A stretch of DNA of 64,000 bases from the human T2T-CHM13v2.0 reference genome, Homo sapiens. Both the position numbers and the translations under genes were made by a program. Every line of letters starts with the position of its first letter. The first letter of the stretch is position 1. The notes under the pieces were generated by a model, which saw nothing but the letters and a program-made list of their open reading frames with translations, had not been told where the DNA came from and ran no database searches. Positions 1-14,110 of this stretch are shown piece after piece. Where the stretch lies: the NCBI RefSeq assembly GCF_009914755.1, contig NC_060930.1. One strand, given 5' to 3'.

Positions 1-158
1 GAGGGAAAGAAGGAAGGAGGGAAGGAGGGAAAGAAGGAAGGAAGGAGGGAAGGAAGGAGGGAGGGAAGGAGGGAAGAAGGGAAGGAGGGAAGGAGGGAAA
101 GAAGGAAGGAAGGAGGGAAGGAGGGAAGGAAAGAAGGAAGAGACAAAGAAAGAAAAAA
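1..158. repeat. Purine-rich low-complexity (GGAA/GGGA)n simple repeat, truncated by the window edge
   Basis: Almost only G/A, with repeated gaaggaaggaggga units. Confidence 0.95.
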
Positions 159-544
159 CACACCAGACCAACAGGTACTCATAAACTGAAATCTTGAATT
201 TTTAATAGAATTTTTTCTCATACACTAACTAACAAATAAATCTGAATTAAATACAAAATTCAAATGATTCAAATCAGATTTCTTTTACTTTATTGGACAA
301 AAGCCTTGCAAAGTATATATTCATCTGTCCACATGTTTTATTTTCTCCCACCAGAATGCAGATAGCTAGAGGACAGGGTTTAATTCTAGCTTACCATTGT
401 GTTCTGTGCTATATGCCCCTTGGTGGGCAGCAAGAAATATGTACTTTACTCAACCACAGACAAAGCAGTGATATAATACAATCACTGACATGCAGTAAAA
501 TACATTTCAAAAAATCAAACAACCACGGTATTTACTGATGCATT

Positions 545-960
545 CTCATAAAGAAACATGTTTGTGGATATTTATTGTAACATTATTTGTTGTAGCAAAA
601 GACCAGAAACAGTAGGGATCTAGTTAAATAAATTAGGATATTTCCAAATAATAGAATATTCTGTAGACTTTTCAAAAAATTTGGCAGGTCTATGTTTACT
701 GACATAAAATGAAACTCTAATATGTGACAGTATGTAAAACAACCAAGATTAAAATTAGCATGTGTAATATTTTGCCATTTTTTAAAAGTGTGTGGGAGCA
801 ATATGTACATACAAGATTGTTTACAGATAGGCCTGTGTTTCTTACATATCTTAAAGAAGTGTCTACCTCTGAGGAGGATGTCTGAAAGACCAGAGAACAG
901 AGATTAAGGAGAGACTTATTTTTTAGTGTGTAGACTTTGACTCTTTTTGAATTTTTTGAA
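545..960 (+). mobile_element. Degraded ancient L1 (L1ME/L1MC-like) 3' fragment
   Basis: Resembles old L1 3' end motifs (tttattgtaacattatttgttgtagcaaaagaccagaaac); highly diverged. Confidence 0.45.
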
Positions 961-1101
961 TTCAAAATATTTTTTGAATGAATGTGCTGAATTTTTTAAA
1001 TTATGATTTTTAAAATAAGATTTTCTTTATTTTTATTTTTATCAAATTCTATTTAATTTAACTTAATTTAATTAAAACTTTATTTTAGCTGTAGTCTAAA
1101 G

Positions 1102-1631
1102 CAGCCATCCCCAACCTTTTTGGCACCAGGGACTGGTTTCTTGGAAGACAATATTTCCACAAATGAGGTGGGGGAAGATGGTTTTGGGATGACTCAAGCA
1201 CATTATATTTATTGTGCACTTTATTTCTATTATTACATTGTAAATATATAATGAAATAATTATACAACTCACCATAATATAGAATCAGTGGGGGCCCTGA
1301 GCTTGTTTTTCTACAATTAGATGGCTCCATCCAGGGGTGATGGGAGACAGTGACAGATCCTCAGGCATTAGGTTATCATAAGGAGGGTGCAAGCTACATC
1401 CGTTGCATGCGCAGCTCACAATAGGGTTCATGCTCCTGTGAGAATCTAATGCTGCCACTGATCTGACAGGCAGTGAGCTCAGGCCGTAATGCGAGCAATG
1501 GGGAGCTGCTGTAAATGCAGTACAGATGAAGTTTTGCTTGCTTGCCTGCCCCTCATCTCCTGCTGTGTAGCTCAGTTCCTAACAGTCCAAGGACTATTAC
1601 CCATCTGTGGTCTGGAGGTTGAGGACCCCTG
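1102..1631. mobile_element. MER1A hAT-Charlie DNA transposon (MITE)
   Basis: Ends cagccatccccaacc...ggttgaggacccctg form imperfect terminal inverted repeats; perfect 8-bp TSD gtctaaag at 1094-1101 and 1632-1639; 530 bp. Confidence 0.9.
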
Positions 1632-1993
1632 GTCTAAAGGACCCTTATCTTTAAGTTTGTGAAGGCTTGGAATTAGGTATAGAAAATGACAATGTACAAG
1701 TAAAAACACTTTAAGAACATTCTGGAGCTCTAAGACCTTTAGAAGTCAAAAAAAAAAAAAAAAAGACAATACCAAAAAAATAAATACTGATCAGAAAGGA
1801 TTAGGGCTATGGATTAAAAAAAAAATGTTTTGTTTTATTTTCATAAGAGTTTGCAGCAGGTTGTGCATGAACTAAAGAGCTCATAAAACTGCAAGCAGTT
1901 AACCTCAACCTCATTGAGATGTTTCAGATAACATTGCAATAAGAAACATGGCCTTGCTGCAGTTCAGTGACAAAGGGAGTTAAGAAAATTGTC

Positions 1994-2292
1994 GGCCAGG
2001 CACAGTGGCTCAAGCCTGTAATCACTTTGGGAGGCCGAAGTGGGTAAATTGCTTGAGCCCAGGAGTTCGAGACCAGCCTGAGTAAGATGGTGAGACTCCA
2101 TCTTGACTAAAAGTAAAAAATTGGCCTGGTGTGGCAGTATGTGTCTGTGGTTTCAGCTACTTAGGAGGCTGAGGTGGTAGGATAGCTTGAACCCAGGGAG
2201 GTCAAGGCTGTAGTGAGCCGTGATTGTGCCACTGCATTCTAGCCTGTGTGACAGAGTAAGACCCTATCTCAAAAAAAAAAAAAAAAAAAAGA
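1994..2292 (+). mobile_element. Alu (AluJ-like)
   Basis: ggccaggcacagtggctc start, poly(A) tail, TSD aagaaaattgtc at 1982-1993 and 2293-2304. Confidence 0.95.
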
Positions 2293-3090
2293 AAGAAAAT
2301 TGTCAGCCATTATTTGGGACAAATCTAATGATGCAAAATTAGTATTCTTATTTAGTACAAACAATATATGGTCATTCAAAACCAGTTTTTCCCATTGTAA
2401 ATCTTGGGATATGTGCATTTGCAGGAATGTATTATATGCATATGATTAGCACATTTTCTCTCAAAAAAAAAAAAAAGAAATGACAAGGGAAATCAATATC
2501 GCTTGTATTCATTTTGGAAATGATCTTTATATATTTGTCATTTATAATATTGGTAATGTTTAAGAGAATTTAGCATGTTAAAAGACTTAAAATAACTTTG
2601 TGATTACCACTTAGAATATATTATTAAATAGTTGATCTAGACATAATTTTTAAGTGGAAAGGCACAAGAGAAGTTTAAAATGTTTATAAAAGGTACTATA
2701 ATTTCAGGAATCTTCAAATTCACTGTATTTGTAAGTAAGTCATTAAGTTTACAATTTAAGTATTATGGAAGTTTTTATGTGTCTGATAATTAAATCATCA
2801 GTAAGAGAACTTGAGCATTTTAATGTAATAAATTCAAATAAAATATTAAGGGAATTCAATTCACTGGTCTGTAATTGTCACTTGAAAGGTGTTAAAAGTT
2901 GCTAAATGTATATACAGAATAACTTCTGCTTATAAGTTATAATCATAAGTTAAAGTTTATAAATTATAAGTTAAATAAAAGTTACATGTTAAGTGAAATT
3001 TTAAGGAAGAGCTAGGTTTTTCAATATTATTTTATAAACGAAATATTGGTTATAAAAGCCAAAATAAAAACCAAAATTATTTTAACATAT

Positions 3091-3410
3091 TTTTTCTTTT
3101 CTTTTTTTCTTTTCTTTTTTTTTTTTTTTTGAGACAGAGTCTCTCTCAGTCGCCAGGCTAGAGTACAGTGGCATGATCTAGGCTCACTGCAACCTCTGCC
3201 TCCTGGGTTCAAGCAATTCTCCTGCCTCAGCCTCCTGCGTAGCTGGACTACATGAGCGTGCCACCATGCACAGATAATTTCTGTATTTTTAGTAGAGACG
3301 GGGTTTCACCATTTTGGCCAAGACGGTCTTGATCTCTTGACCTCAGGTGATCCGTCTGTCTCAGCCTCCCAAAATGCTGCGATTACAGGCATGCGTCACT
3401 GTGCCAGGCT
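3091..3410 (-). mobile_element. Alu (AluS, Sc-like)
   Basis: Poly(T) then gagacagagtctc...gattacaggcatgcgtcactgtgccaggc. Confidence 0.95.
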
Positions 3411-3699
3411 GACGTATCTTTTCTAAAAGCAAAAAGAACACAGAAAACTCAAACTGACAAACTGATCTTAAAAATTAAAAAAAAAATTAGCCAAATGGAA
3501 GAGGATGGTGAATAGTCCCCCACATAGGGCAAACGGGGTGAATGACTAACTGAGGAGGCAATGATTCCTTCAGAGGAGTGTGCAGCTGAGAGGAGAGATT
3601 CGACGTGCAAGGACAAAGAAGACCAAATTGAGTACGTACAAAACTTGATGTCTTCGGGAAGAATTTCAAAACTTTATCTCAGAGCAATGAAAAGCTATC

Positions 3700-4150
3700 T
3701 TTATCAGGTCCAACAGGAAACAGATGGCACAGCCAACCTGGGTGACTGAGGAGAGTTTAATAAAGGACCATTTACTAGGGTGTGGTGTGGGCAGTGTTTA
3801 AGGAAACCAGGAAAAAGCAGTCTCATAGCCAGGGGCAGCAATAGCAGGGAACCGCCACCTCAACTAGACCGAACGTGTCAGGGGAAGGAAGCAGTTATGG
3901 GAATTTTGAGAGGATGACTGCATGGAGAGGGACTCCAGATGGCCTTTCCTAGAGGAACACAACCAGCCCCAGGGCAATGTGGAAGAAAGGTTGCCTGGGA
4001 TAAGTACCCGATTTCACCCTCCTTCCACCAGCTGATCTCCTGCAGGTGCTTCCCAATGGTAAACTGTCATCTGAAACCCTGAGAGGGAGAACTCCTTAAT
4101 CCGGTTTGTACAGACGAGCCCCATGCCCAGACTGGGCGGAGAGGGCTTGG
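3700..4150. mobile_element. Ancient ERVL/MaLR-type LTR fragment
   Basis: caggtccaacaggaaacagatggcaca...gagagtttaataaagg resembles old ERVL-class LTR ends. Confidence 0.4.
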
Positions 4151-4568
4151 GGCCTGTAAAAGGACCTAGCATAGAAACTGTTTAAAATACTTAAGAGAAA
4201 AGTGTCAACGCCAGATAACTGCAGAATCGATTGGAAAGCTGTGAAACGGGAGAGAAGACAGGGGTGGAAGGGAAGGCATGTTACAGATGAGTTTCCAAAT
4301 GAATATTTATAGTCTTTAATGAGTACTCAATGTCTACCTTAATGAATATACACAGATTCCGTATAACCTTACAGCTATCGGTTTCATTCAGCTAGTTAGC
4401 TAAGTCTATCCAAATAGATTACTGCACGCCTATCTAGGTAGATGTATATCTACAGACAGTTCTCATTCTAACAGCCATGTGCCAATGTCCCAACTGAAGC
4501 CAGCTGTCCCTGTACTGCTCCCTCCCCTCTTTAAATCCTCTAATCCTGCTTCCAGAGTAATGCATGGG

Positions 4569-4611
4569 CACACACACATGCACACACACATACACACACA
4601 AACATACACAC
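4569..4611. repeat. Imperfect (CA)n microsatellite
   Basis: cacacacacatgcacacacacatacacacacaaacatacacac. Confidence 0.85.
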
Positions 4612-4639
4612 TGTGAAGTTTTTAGAGTAAAGAAGTAGA

Positions 4640-5265
4640 CACTACCTGGGTAATGGGATTATTTATATCCCAAACCTCAGCATCACACAATATACCTATG
4701 TAACAAACCTGCACATGTACCCCCTGAATCTTAGATAAACATCGAAGTTATTTTTGAAAGAGACTCATGCATCTGTATGTTCATCTCAGCACTATTCACA
4801 ATAGCAAAGACATGGAATCAACCCAGGTGCCCAAAAACAGTTGATTGGATAAAGAAAATGTGGTATATATACACCATGGAAGACTATACAGCCATCAAAA
4901 GAATGGAATAGCATCCTTTGCAGCAACATGTATTAGCTGGAAACAATTATCCTAAGCGAACTAATGCAGTAACAGAAAACCAAATACCGCCTATTCTCAC
5001 TTATAAGTGGGAGCTAAACATTGGGTACACATGGTCATAAAAATGGTAAAAGTAGACACTGGGGAATACAAGAGAGGACAAGGAGGGAAGTAAGCATTGA
5101 ATAAAACTACCTGGAGTTCACTATACTCACTACCTTGATGACGGATTCATCCATACTCCAAACATCAGCATCGTGTGATATACCTAGGTAACAAACCTGA
5201 TCATGCATTTCCTGATTCTAAAATTAAAGTTTAAATAAATATCCCTCCAAATTAAATAAATAAAT
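4640..5265 (+). mobile_element. Two tandem L1 3'-end fragments (L1PB/L1MA-like)
   Basis: L1 3' UTR motif gtaacaaacctg occurs twice (~4700 and ~5190); ORF2-end motifs aatagcaaagacatggaatcaaccc and ctcacttataagtgggagctaaac. Confidence 0.85.
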
Positions 5266-5875
5266 AAGTAGAGAAACAAATAAGAATTTTTAAAACAGGA
5301 ACTGAAAAGAAGCCACAAGTAGAAGGACCAGCGGGTATAAATGATCTATCACTACAGAAGTGGAGAAAGTCAATTTTAATGTCCTCACCTGTGAAGGGAG
5401 AGGCATGAGTGGGTGATGTCTACTGTCCTATGAGACTATCAGGAAGAAGACACTTGGCAGTTCTTCTCACCTTAATGTCCCTTCCTAGATAGAGCCAAAA
5501 TTGTTCAAATGGAGATCAGCCTTTAGACTGGATTATCCTTTGGTAATTATGCAAAGGTAAATATCCTTTGGTAAAAATGAGAATATTTTACTGCTATCAA
5601 TTACGCATTTATTAGGCACATTTACTTTTTGCCTAACAAGTAGAGGGAATAAAAACTGTAACGATGGTGACAGGGAGGTAGCCCTTACTGAATTATAATG
5701 CCCTTCGAGACGGAAGTTGAGCCTGGATAATTTTCCATGATTGGATCTAGGACAAAGAGTATCTGGGTATTGGGAGAGAAGAACTTAGAAAAGAGACAGG
5801 AAAAAGACAAAATTAAAATTTCCGATTTCAAAGTTTCACCTAAGGCTGACCTTGGTCAGGAGAAGGGGAACATTT

Positions 5876-6219
<344 letters not shown>

Positions 6220-7210
6220 CTACTCTCCTTCTCCTTCTCCTTCTCTTCTTCTCCCTCCTACAACATAATCCCAGGTATGAGGGGTTGTGGACATGACTGA
6301 CATGTGTGCTCATGTATTTCCCAATTCATGAAGGTTCTATTGACCTCTTAATACTTCACAGAAAAATCACTGAAAAAATGTTCACCAAAGTTAATGATCT
6401 GATTTAGATCATAGGTATTATGGTGTCATGAAATTTGTTTGGGGGGTACCCTAAGGAAGACTTTTGGAGAAAGTGGTTGAAACAAGCACAAGGAGAGGCC
6501 TTGTGATTGCTGGCCAATCATGGAGACATACCAAGCAGATTAAGATTCTAGAGAAGCAGGAACCAGAAAGTCACTTCAAATGTAAACCACAAAGTTAATA
6601 ATCGCAAAGGCAAAAGCTCAAATTGCATATGGTGATTCATAATCAACCTGCTTCACCTATGGCAGTAGTGAGCCTAAAGGTATCAGAAAATAACTGAATA
6701 GTTTGTAAAAATGATGGTTAATGATTCTCCCAAAACATATGATAAGGCAGGCCGCTAGTTGTTAATAGAGGTCAACCTTAAGGTACACTTCCTTCATGGA
6801 CCCACAGGTCGCATGATCTTCCTTTTCCTGAATTCCTAGAATGGTATCAGATAGGAACCAAAGCCAACACTTTTTAAAAAATTCTTATATTGCTTTTTAA
6901 TTATCTCATGTACGTAAATCTAGGCCAACCTAGTCTGAACTATGTTTTATATTTCTTTCGTACATTTTCCCTACCCGTCAGAGGTGAGTGTGGATTGGAA
7001 GTGGGTTAACAACTAACAAATAATTGAGTAATTGATTTACTAGTCAAAGATAGTGAATGTACCTCTTGTGTAGGTGATAGAACACTTAACGTTGATTACT
7101 GAAATTTAATAGTATCATGTTTGCAGTGATCTGGGGATGTAAGGTATGTGCTGCAAGTCAAAATAATAACAATCTCATTTGCAATATTCTATTCACTTTT
7201 GCAACAGCTT

Positions 7211-7216
7211 TTTATT
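7211..7216 (-). terminator. Candidate AATAAA poly(A) signal overlapping the TAAR3P stop codon
   Basis: Minus strand reads CAT TAA TAA AAA; use is not demonstrated. Confidence 0.3.
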
Positions 7217-8244
7217 AATGTGCTTCAGGAAACAAATTTGCAGTTTCTGAATGGGAGCTAAATATTTTTCCTGACACTATGTACTTGAATGCTTTCTGAA
7301 ACCATGGATTAAAAAAGCCATGAATAAGAGGGTTGCAAGTAGAGTTGAAGTACCGGAGCCACACTAAAAGATCCAATATTAGTATGGGAGTGGAGTAGTC
7401 TAGGTATGGGTCAATCAGAACAGCAAGAAAACAAGGCAACCAGCAAGCCAGAAACACCCCCATTACTATACCCAGTGTCTTCGCTGCTTTCCTGTCCTTT
7501 TTCTTGGATAGGTGTTTTTTCACTGCCCCCTTTGTGTTTTCAGGCACATGGCTGATGACTCGAGCATGCTGTTTGGAAACGATAAAGATTTTGCCATAAA
7601 TACCAACCATGATGGAGCCAGGGGTAAAGAAACATGTAGTGAACAATATTGTCCCCCAGAATTTGTTGAAAGTAAGGGCACAGAAATTGAAGCAAGCAAC
7701 AAGTATCTTATAGCTCTGCATACCGGAAACATTGGCCTCGGATAGAACTAAACCAAAAGAAAAAAGAGCAGGAACTGACCAGCAAAATGCCAGCAGTTGC
7801 TTTATGGTGGAGTTCGTCATTTTGGTTGTGTAATGTAAAGGGTAACACACGGCATAAAATCGGTCAATAGCAATGGAACAGAGGTGGAAAATGGAGGTCA
7901 GTCTGAGCATCATGTCAAAGCTTGTGTGGAATTTACAAAAGCCATCCCCAAAGTACCAGCAACTCTCCACTGATCGCATTATGCTGTATGGCATAATGAC
8001 AAAACCCAGCAGAAAGTCCGTGGTTGCCATGGAGAGGATCAGAAAGTTTGTGGGAGAGTGAAGCTGTTTGAAATGCGATATGGAAACCATTATAACCAAG
8101 TTTCCGAATAGTGATAATCATGGCTCCAGTCATAACCGAATACATTATCACCTGGACATGAAAAGAGCGGTTGGTGGGAGGACAGGATTTATTTACAAAT
8201 TTTGGACAACTGGATAGGTCTTCGGGAATATAAGTTAGATCCAT
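7215..8244 (-). pseudogene. TAAR3P: Trace amine-associated receptor 3 pseudogene; 2-bp deletion frameshift near 8107-8109
   Basis: ATG at 8244 (gcaccATGg) gives MDLTYIPEDLSSCPKF...IITI, then the frame shifts; the 7215-8099 ORF has TM2-TM7 with DRF, CWLP, NPLIH. Restoring 2 nt (ATT[TT]CGGAAAC = I-F-G-N, as in TAAR2 TIFGN) gives one 343-aa ORF. Confidence 0.96.
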
Positions 8245-10044
8245 GGTGCTTTATCCCTTGAAATTTCTTTCCAGGAGGATGAGTCACTGTTTCTTCTCTT
8301 CTTAAAATGATTCCAGTAAATTTCAGCTCCTAATAGTACAAGATTGTTCAAAGTTATCTATTATTAATTCACTTCAATTGTAATTTATTTAAATATTTTA
8401 AATTATATCAACTGTGTTTGCTTTCTGAGTTACTTGGTACGTTAGAAAAATGACAATTTTCAGCTGTGTATTCTTTTCTGTGTTATTCTATTTAACTCCA
8501 TTTCATCCATCTATCCATCCATCTATCCAACATAGGTTTATCTATTGACTGCTTTATTCCTGGTAAGGAAATGGGAGATTTTCAAGAATGTTTGGGCAAC
8601 TTTCACTTTGAACAGATACATTCCTATAAACTGTTTTGAATGTGGCTGCTAATATCTCTTGCATCATAAAAATTACTCAATACACAAAAACCAAGTGAAA
8701 TACCAAAGTTTTTCTTTAGGCATTCTTTTGACAATTTGAAATCTTCATTTGTAAACAGTGTGCAAATGTTTTAAGAGTTATAAATGGCATATTGCTGCCG
8801 AAACATGCAGTACCATGAAACATGGCTGTTGAAAGCCATGTACCTATGGGTTAAAACATGCACCTGGGTCAATGCTTCTTAGCTTCTCTGTTTTCTACTC
8901 TCTTCCTGTCCTTCCCTCTGCCTCTCCTGTCCTCTACTCTTCATGCTCCTTCCCTTATTTCTTAAGTCTTATAGCTTCTCTGAGATTCTAACTAGTGAAG
9001 CCATGTCATATGTTCCATCCCTGAGAGACCAATAAAAATTACAAATTCCACACTCACAGACCCAGTTACTCAAATCTCACATGACTCCTTTTGGTCACAG
9101 TGGGCTGAATAAAGGAGGGTGGACAAATGGCATAAATAAAAACTTCCAATAAATGGTCACGCTTGCTTTGCTATTTGCTTCGGAATACACATCAATCTGA
9201 AAAGCCACTCCCTAGCAGCCTCAAGAGAAGCTTGACATTGTGCCTATAACAAAGCACAGAGTCTGCTTAGTGGGCCACAGAAAAGCAGGCCCAATCTTGA
9301 GTGAATCAGACAGAGGAGACACCCTAGGCCTATGTTGAATTCTCCCAAGCTATATAAAGACTCAACTGCAGGGTACATTTAACAAGTTCATCTATTTAGG
9401 CAGATTCAGTTTAGTTTGTGCTTTAGAATCCTAAGAAAGAGCACAGAAATAACCCCCAAGAAAGAGCAAAAACTGGCCCCTTCCTCATCTCAAGGTGCTA
9501 GAAGTTCCCTTCCTTTTTCTTGATTCTGTCATTCTTCCTGACCGACGGGGAAGAAAAGTCACCTCGTTGTGATAAAAGAACCTGAATTTTGCTGGTTAGA
9601 GACACTTCTTATTACCAAGTCACAGGAAGGTGTCTCCTTGCAAAGTCTTAGGAGGACCTTTTATAGAGCTGACTGTTCCATGTGACTCCCTTGTTTCTCT
9701 AGGTTAAAAGTTTACATCACTGACTTCCAAAGAGGAGGTAGCAAAAGAGCCTTGCGTTGAGAGTTCTCCTAGTCCAGCTTCTGCCATCAGCCAGCTGTGA
9801 GCCCTTGGTGATGGGAGGTATGCAGGGCTAGATGAGCCTTGCAGGCTTTCCAGCTCTGAAAGTCTGTGAATCATTCGTAACAGAAAGTTGGTTCATTTTA
9901 GATCATCTTCTTGTAAACAAATAGGAAACAGAAGAGCAGAGAAACAAGATGAAAGAAAAATAGGAAATAAAGTTTGGGACTCAATGCGGAGATTCTATGA
10001 ATGGTACTTGCAGTCCTGGGACATGCCTGATCAATATTAGTTAT

Positions 10045-10560
10045 CATTTAGCCATAAAAAAGAATGAAATCTTGTCATCTGCAACAGCATGAGTGGAACT
10101 GGAGGACAATATGTTAGTTGTAATAGCCAGGCATAGAAAGACAAATATCTCATGTTCTCACTTATTTAGGGAGCTAAAAAAAAGAAAAAAAAAAAAGCAT
10201 TGAACTCATGGAGATAGGGAGCAGCATGATGGTTATCAGAGGCTGGAAAGGATAGTGGGGAGAGGGGGATAAGGAGGGAATGGTTAATAGGTACAAAAAT
10301 ACAGTTAGATAGAATGAATATGATCTAGTATTAAGTAGCACATTAGGGTGATTATAGTTGATAATAACTTATTGTATATTTTAAAATGACTAAAAGAGTA
10401 GAATTGGAATATTCCTAATGCAAAAAAATAATAAATGCTTGAGATGATGGATACTCCAGTTACTCTGGTTTGACCATTACACATTGTATGCCTGTATCAA
10501 AACATCACATGTACCCTATTAATATGTACAACTATTATGTATCCATAGTAATTTTAAAAA
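10045..10560 (+). mobile_element. L1MA-type 3' end
   Basis: gccataaaaaagaatgaaatcttgtcatctgcaacagcatg...catcacatgtaccctattaatatgtac. Confidence 0.85.
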
Positions 10561-10577
10561 TTTTTAAAGGAAAAGTT

Positions 10578-10972
10578 GATCGGGCTCAGGATAGGGTACC
10601 CCAAAATATGGCACCTTGGCATTTGAGGAAATAGCGGAAGCAAGTTTACTCTGGCCTTCTCCCACTTTTTCCCTGAAGCAGACCCTAAAAGAATGATCTG
10701 GTCTTCTCCTAAAATAGGTCATAAGACTCTCTTGTGTCCTATACTCAGGGGAAAAGAATGTCACACAGAAACATCAAGAAGAATTTGAACAAACAGGCCT
10801 TGTTAAGTTAGCCCCCAGTTTATTACTACTGTATCATATCCTTTTGTCATACTTTTGCATGACTGTTCAGAAAAATACACAGTTTTTAGAGTTTTGAGGC
10901 AGTATTCATTTTCGAAGTCTCCTGTGTCATGTAAAATTTATATTAAATAAATGTGTGTGCTTTTCTCTTGTT
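10578..10972 (+). mobile_element. ERV1 (MER4-group, MER34/MER39-like) solo LTR
   Basis: tgatcgggctcagg...taccccaaaatatggcaccttggc start; aataaatgtgtgtgcttttctcttgtt near the 3' end. Confidence 0.6.
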
Positions 10973-13733
10973 AAAAATTATATTGAGGATATGTTTCTCT
11001 CCATTATAGGTAGTCCTCCACTCATTGCCTCTCTTTATTCTTTGGTTTTCACCAAGGAAATGTTGTGAACATCTAGCCTGGGCCCCATTTGAGCACATTA
11101 GTGATAGCCTTAAGAAATAATTGTTGAATTTATATCTGTGTTAAAAAATATATTAACTCACCACCATGAGACAAGTAACTTGTCTATCCATCACCACTGG
11201 ATTCTCAGTATCTAAGTTAAGGCTTCTAGTATACGCTAGAGATATATGTTTGAATGAATAAACATACACATAAATTGTAAATTATTACTGCTTTAAAAAT
11301 ATCTGTGTTGTTTCAATGAAAGCAACTAATTCAATGTGCTTAAAATGTCCCTATAAATGAATGGACTCGTTTCAGGAGCACACTTCATGAAAATTTCTTC
11401 TGGTATTGAATTGCTGATGGTATTCTTATAAAATAACCCCTCCCAAAGTAGCATTTAGACAGGAGGAGCTGAGAGATTTTGTGTAGATATAATTTACTGA
11501 TCCTATAGCATGAGAAAACCAGAGATTCTGAGTCTGGGCAGAGATAGTGTTAGTAGAAGAAAACAAAAGTGGAAGTATTTCAGCTAAATGCAGTTGGGAG
11601 GTGCTGCTGCTAGTGGCATGACACCCCTCAGTGTCCCATTAAGGTGTGAAGATGGGGTTGTCTTGGCTCTTTTCAGTCCCATATGTAATGTTTGCACCTT
11701 ATCTACCACTTAGAGGAGTTGGGGATTTTCTTCCAGTTAAAACTCACATACTCTCAAAGATAAAAGGAAATTTTCTGTTGCAGAATACAGACTTGCAGTT
11801 AAACTCATACAGTATTTAAGTCCATGAATACATACGCAGTTAATGATTACACAGGGGACTCTGCCACACCCTAGTTGCCCCTATGACCTTATTGATCACA
11901 GTCACGACATTTAAGCAACCTCACATGGGTCTTACATATAAGTAACTGTTCCATGTTTTAAGTATTGGGATGATTTTATAAGATGTTTCAACATGCGATC
12001 AAATCTTTCACTATGTGCAACTTCCTATACACATAAGGGAAAATTCATATACTTTCAGAACTGGAGAAGTCCATAAACGAAATATTTACAAAGATATATT
12101 ATGTGATGCAGTTTCTAGCCTCATCGTTATCTTAACATTCCACAGTGGGGCATCTGTCTAGTAAGAACACAATGAGGCTCACAATAACCAGCTCTAACAA
12201 ACTAACAATGTTCTTTTGGAAAACTGTATTCTAATTTCCAGATAACTGATTTGCAAATAAACTTTTACTGTTTCATAACCTGTTTATACGTTCAAAGTTG
12301 ACATGCAGATCTTTGCGGCCATTAACATTGTTCCTGCCTTCCTCCCTGCTTTTCCTCATAAAAATTATGCTAGCTCCTTTAATTTTTTTATGGAGGCCAA
12401 CAAAATTTTTATGTTATCTATTATGTTGAATCACATAGCCTCTATGGAATTCTCATTTTTTAAAGTTACAAATGTTCAAATATTAATAATTACAAATAAT
12501 TTCCCACTGGGACCTTTTCCTTTTCCTCCTCAAGTTTTAGTTTTAAGCACTGACTAAGGTTGGCATATCTCCAGCCACATACATTTGGAAAAAGTCAGAT
12601 TTGCAATGCAATATATCATGGAGTTAATACTTGTTGAAGAGAATCTTTGATTGTCTGGACACATTCATTTTAGTAGGAGGCAGAGATGACTTAATAGCAA
12701 CACCAAGTTAGGAATCTAATTTTCACAGCCTTCCAGGATGAATACCATATAACTTGTAGTAGACTACAATCTGGTTCTGAGCATAGAGGCAAGCATTTGT
12801 ACATGTGCTCTACATGGCACCAAATAAAAGTGACACTACTGCCATAAAATATGTTCTCCTCTTCTAGGATCCACCTATTTGGGCAAAGAACTTAACAATT
12901 GCCATTGCCACCTATGTATGTATGTACAAGCATATAAATAAATGTAAATTATAATTTCCTTTCAGTTTTCTTTGTTGGAAAAACAGATAAGAAAGATCAG
13001 CAAAGGAAGATATGAGCTATTAGTGTTCCACTTCTTCAATATATTAACTCAAATTACATGTACAAAGAAGCAGATTTTTAAAGGTTTCTCATTTGAACAC
13101 AAATTTGGATAATGTCATAAATAATTCTCCTTTAAATTCTAACAGCCCTAGGGCTCTTGGAATTTAAGACTGAAATCTAAAATTATTGATACATAATGCC
13201 AAAGAGGAAAGTGCATTTTAGCATTGTTGAAATACCTAACTACATTTACTGAATCATGTCTCGCATAGTTCTTGTACTTTGCAAAAGTATTTTATATGCC
13301 ACTATATAAAAATTTACCAACCTTGTCAAATGAATTTTGATGGAAAATTTAAGACCTTTTACCAGAAAATTATAATGATTGTTTTTTAGTTAAAAACTAT
13401 CTTCTCAATTGCAACCCATTTCAACAATTTCTGATTCTTTATAAAATACAACTATCACTATTCAATTATTTTGAAGAAGAGAATAAATCAGCAATAATTT
13501 AAAAAGATTAGAACATTTCCAATTCTTTTTATTGACCCAGTACCTTCCCTTTCCTGAAAAGTTAGTTGTGAATCAATGACCGTCCTCTTGTGGCTTTGCA
13601 GGTGCGACATCAGGAAATTCCAGAAAGTTTAGTGTAGAGGATTAAGGTATATGATTCATATATAAGTTTGCTTCTGCTCTCAGGAGAATTGGAGTAGAGA
13701 ACTCAGATCCAGGAGCTTCCAGATAGGCACTAA

Positions 13734-14110
<377 letters not shown>

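Noticed and set aside
1-158. GGAA-rich tract as an ETS-fusion response element
   Set aside because: Only short consecutive GGAA runs, and the tract is cut by the window edge
7933-8244. 103-aa ORF as a separate small gene
   Set aside because: It is the TAAR3P N-terminus reading out of frame after the deletion
8820-8841. ACATGGCT/AGCCATGT hairpin and similar 8-bp stems (e.g. ~28914)
   Set aside because: Stems this short are expected by chance in 64 kb
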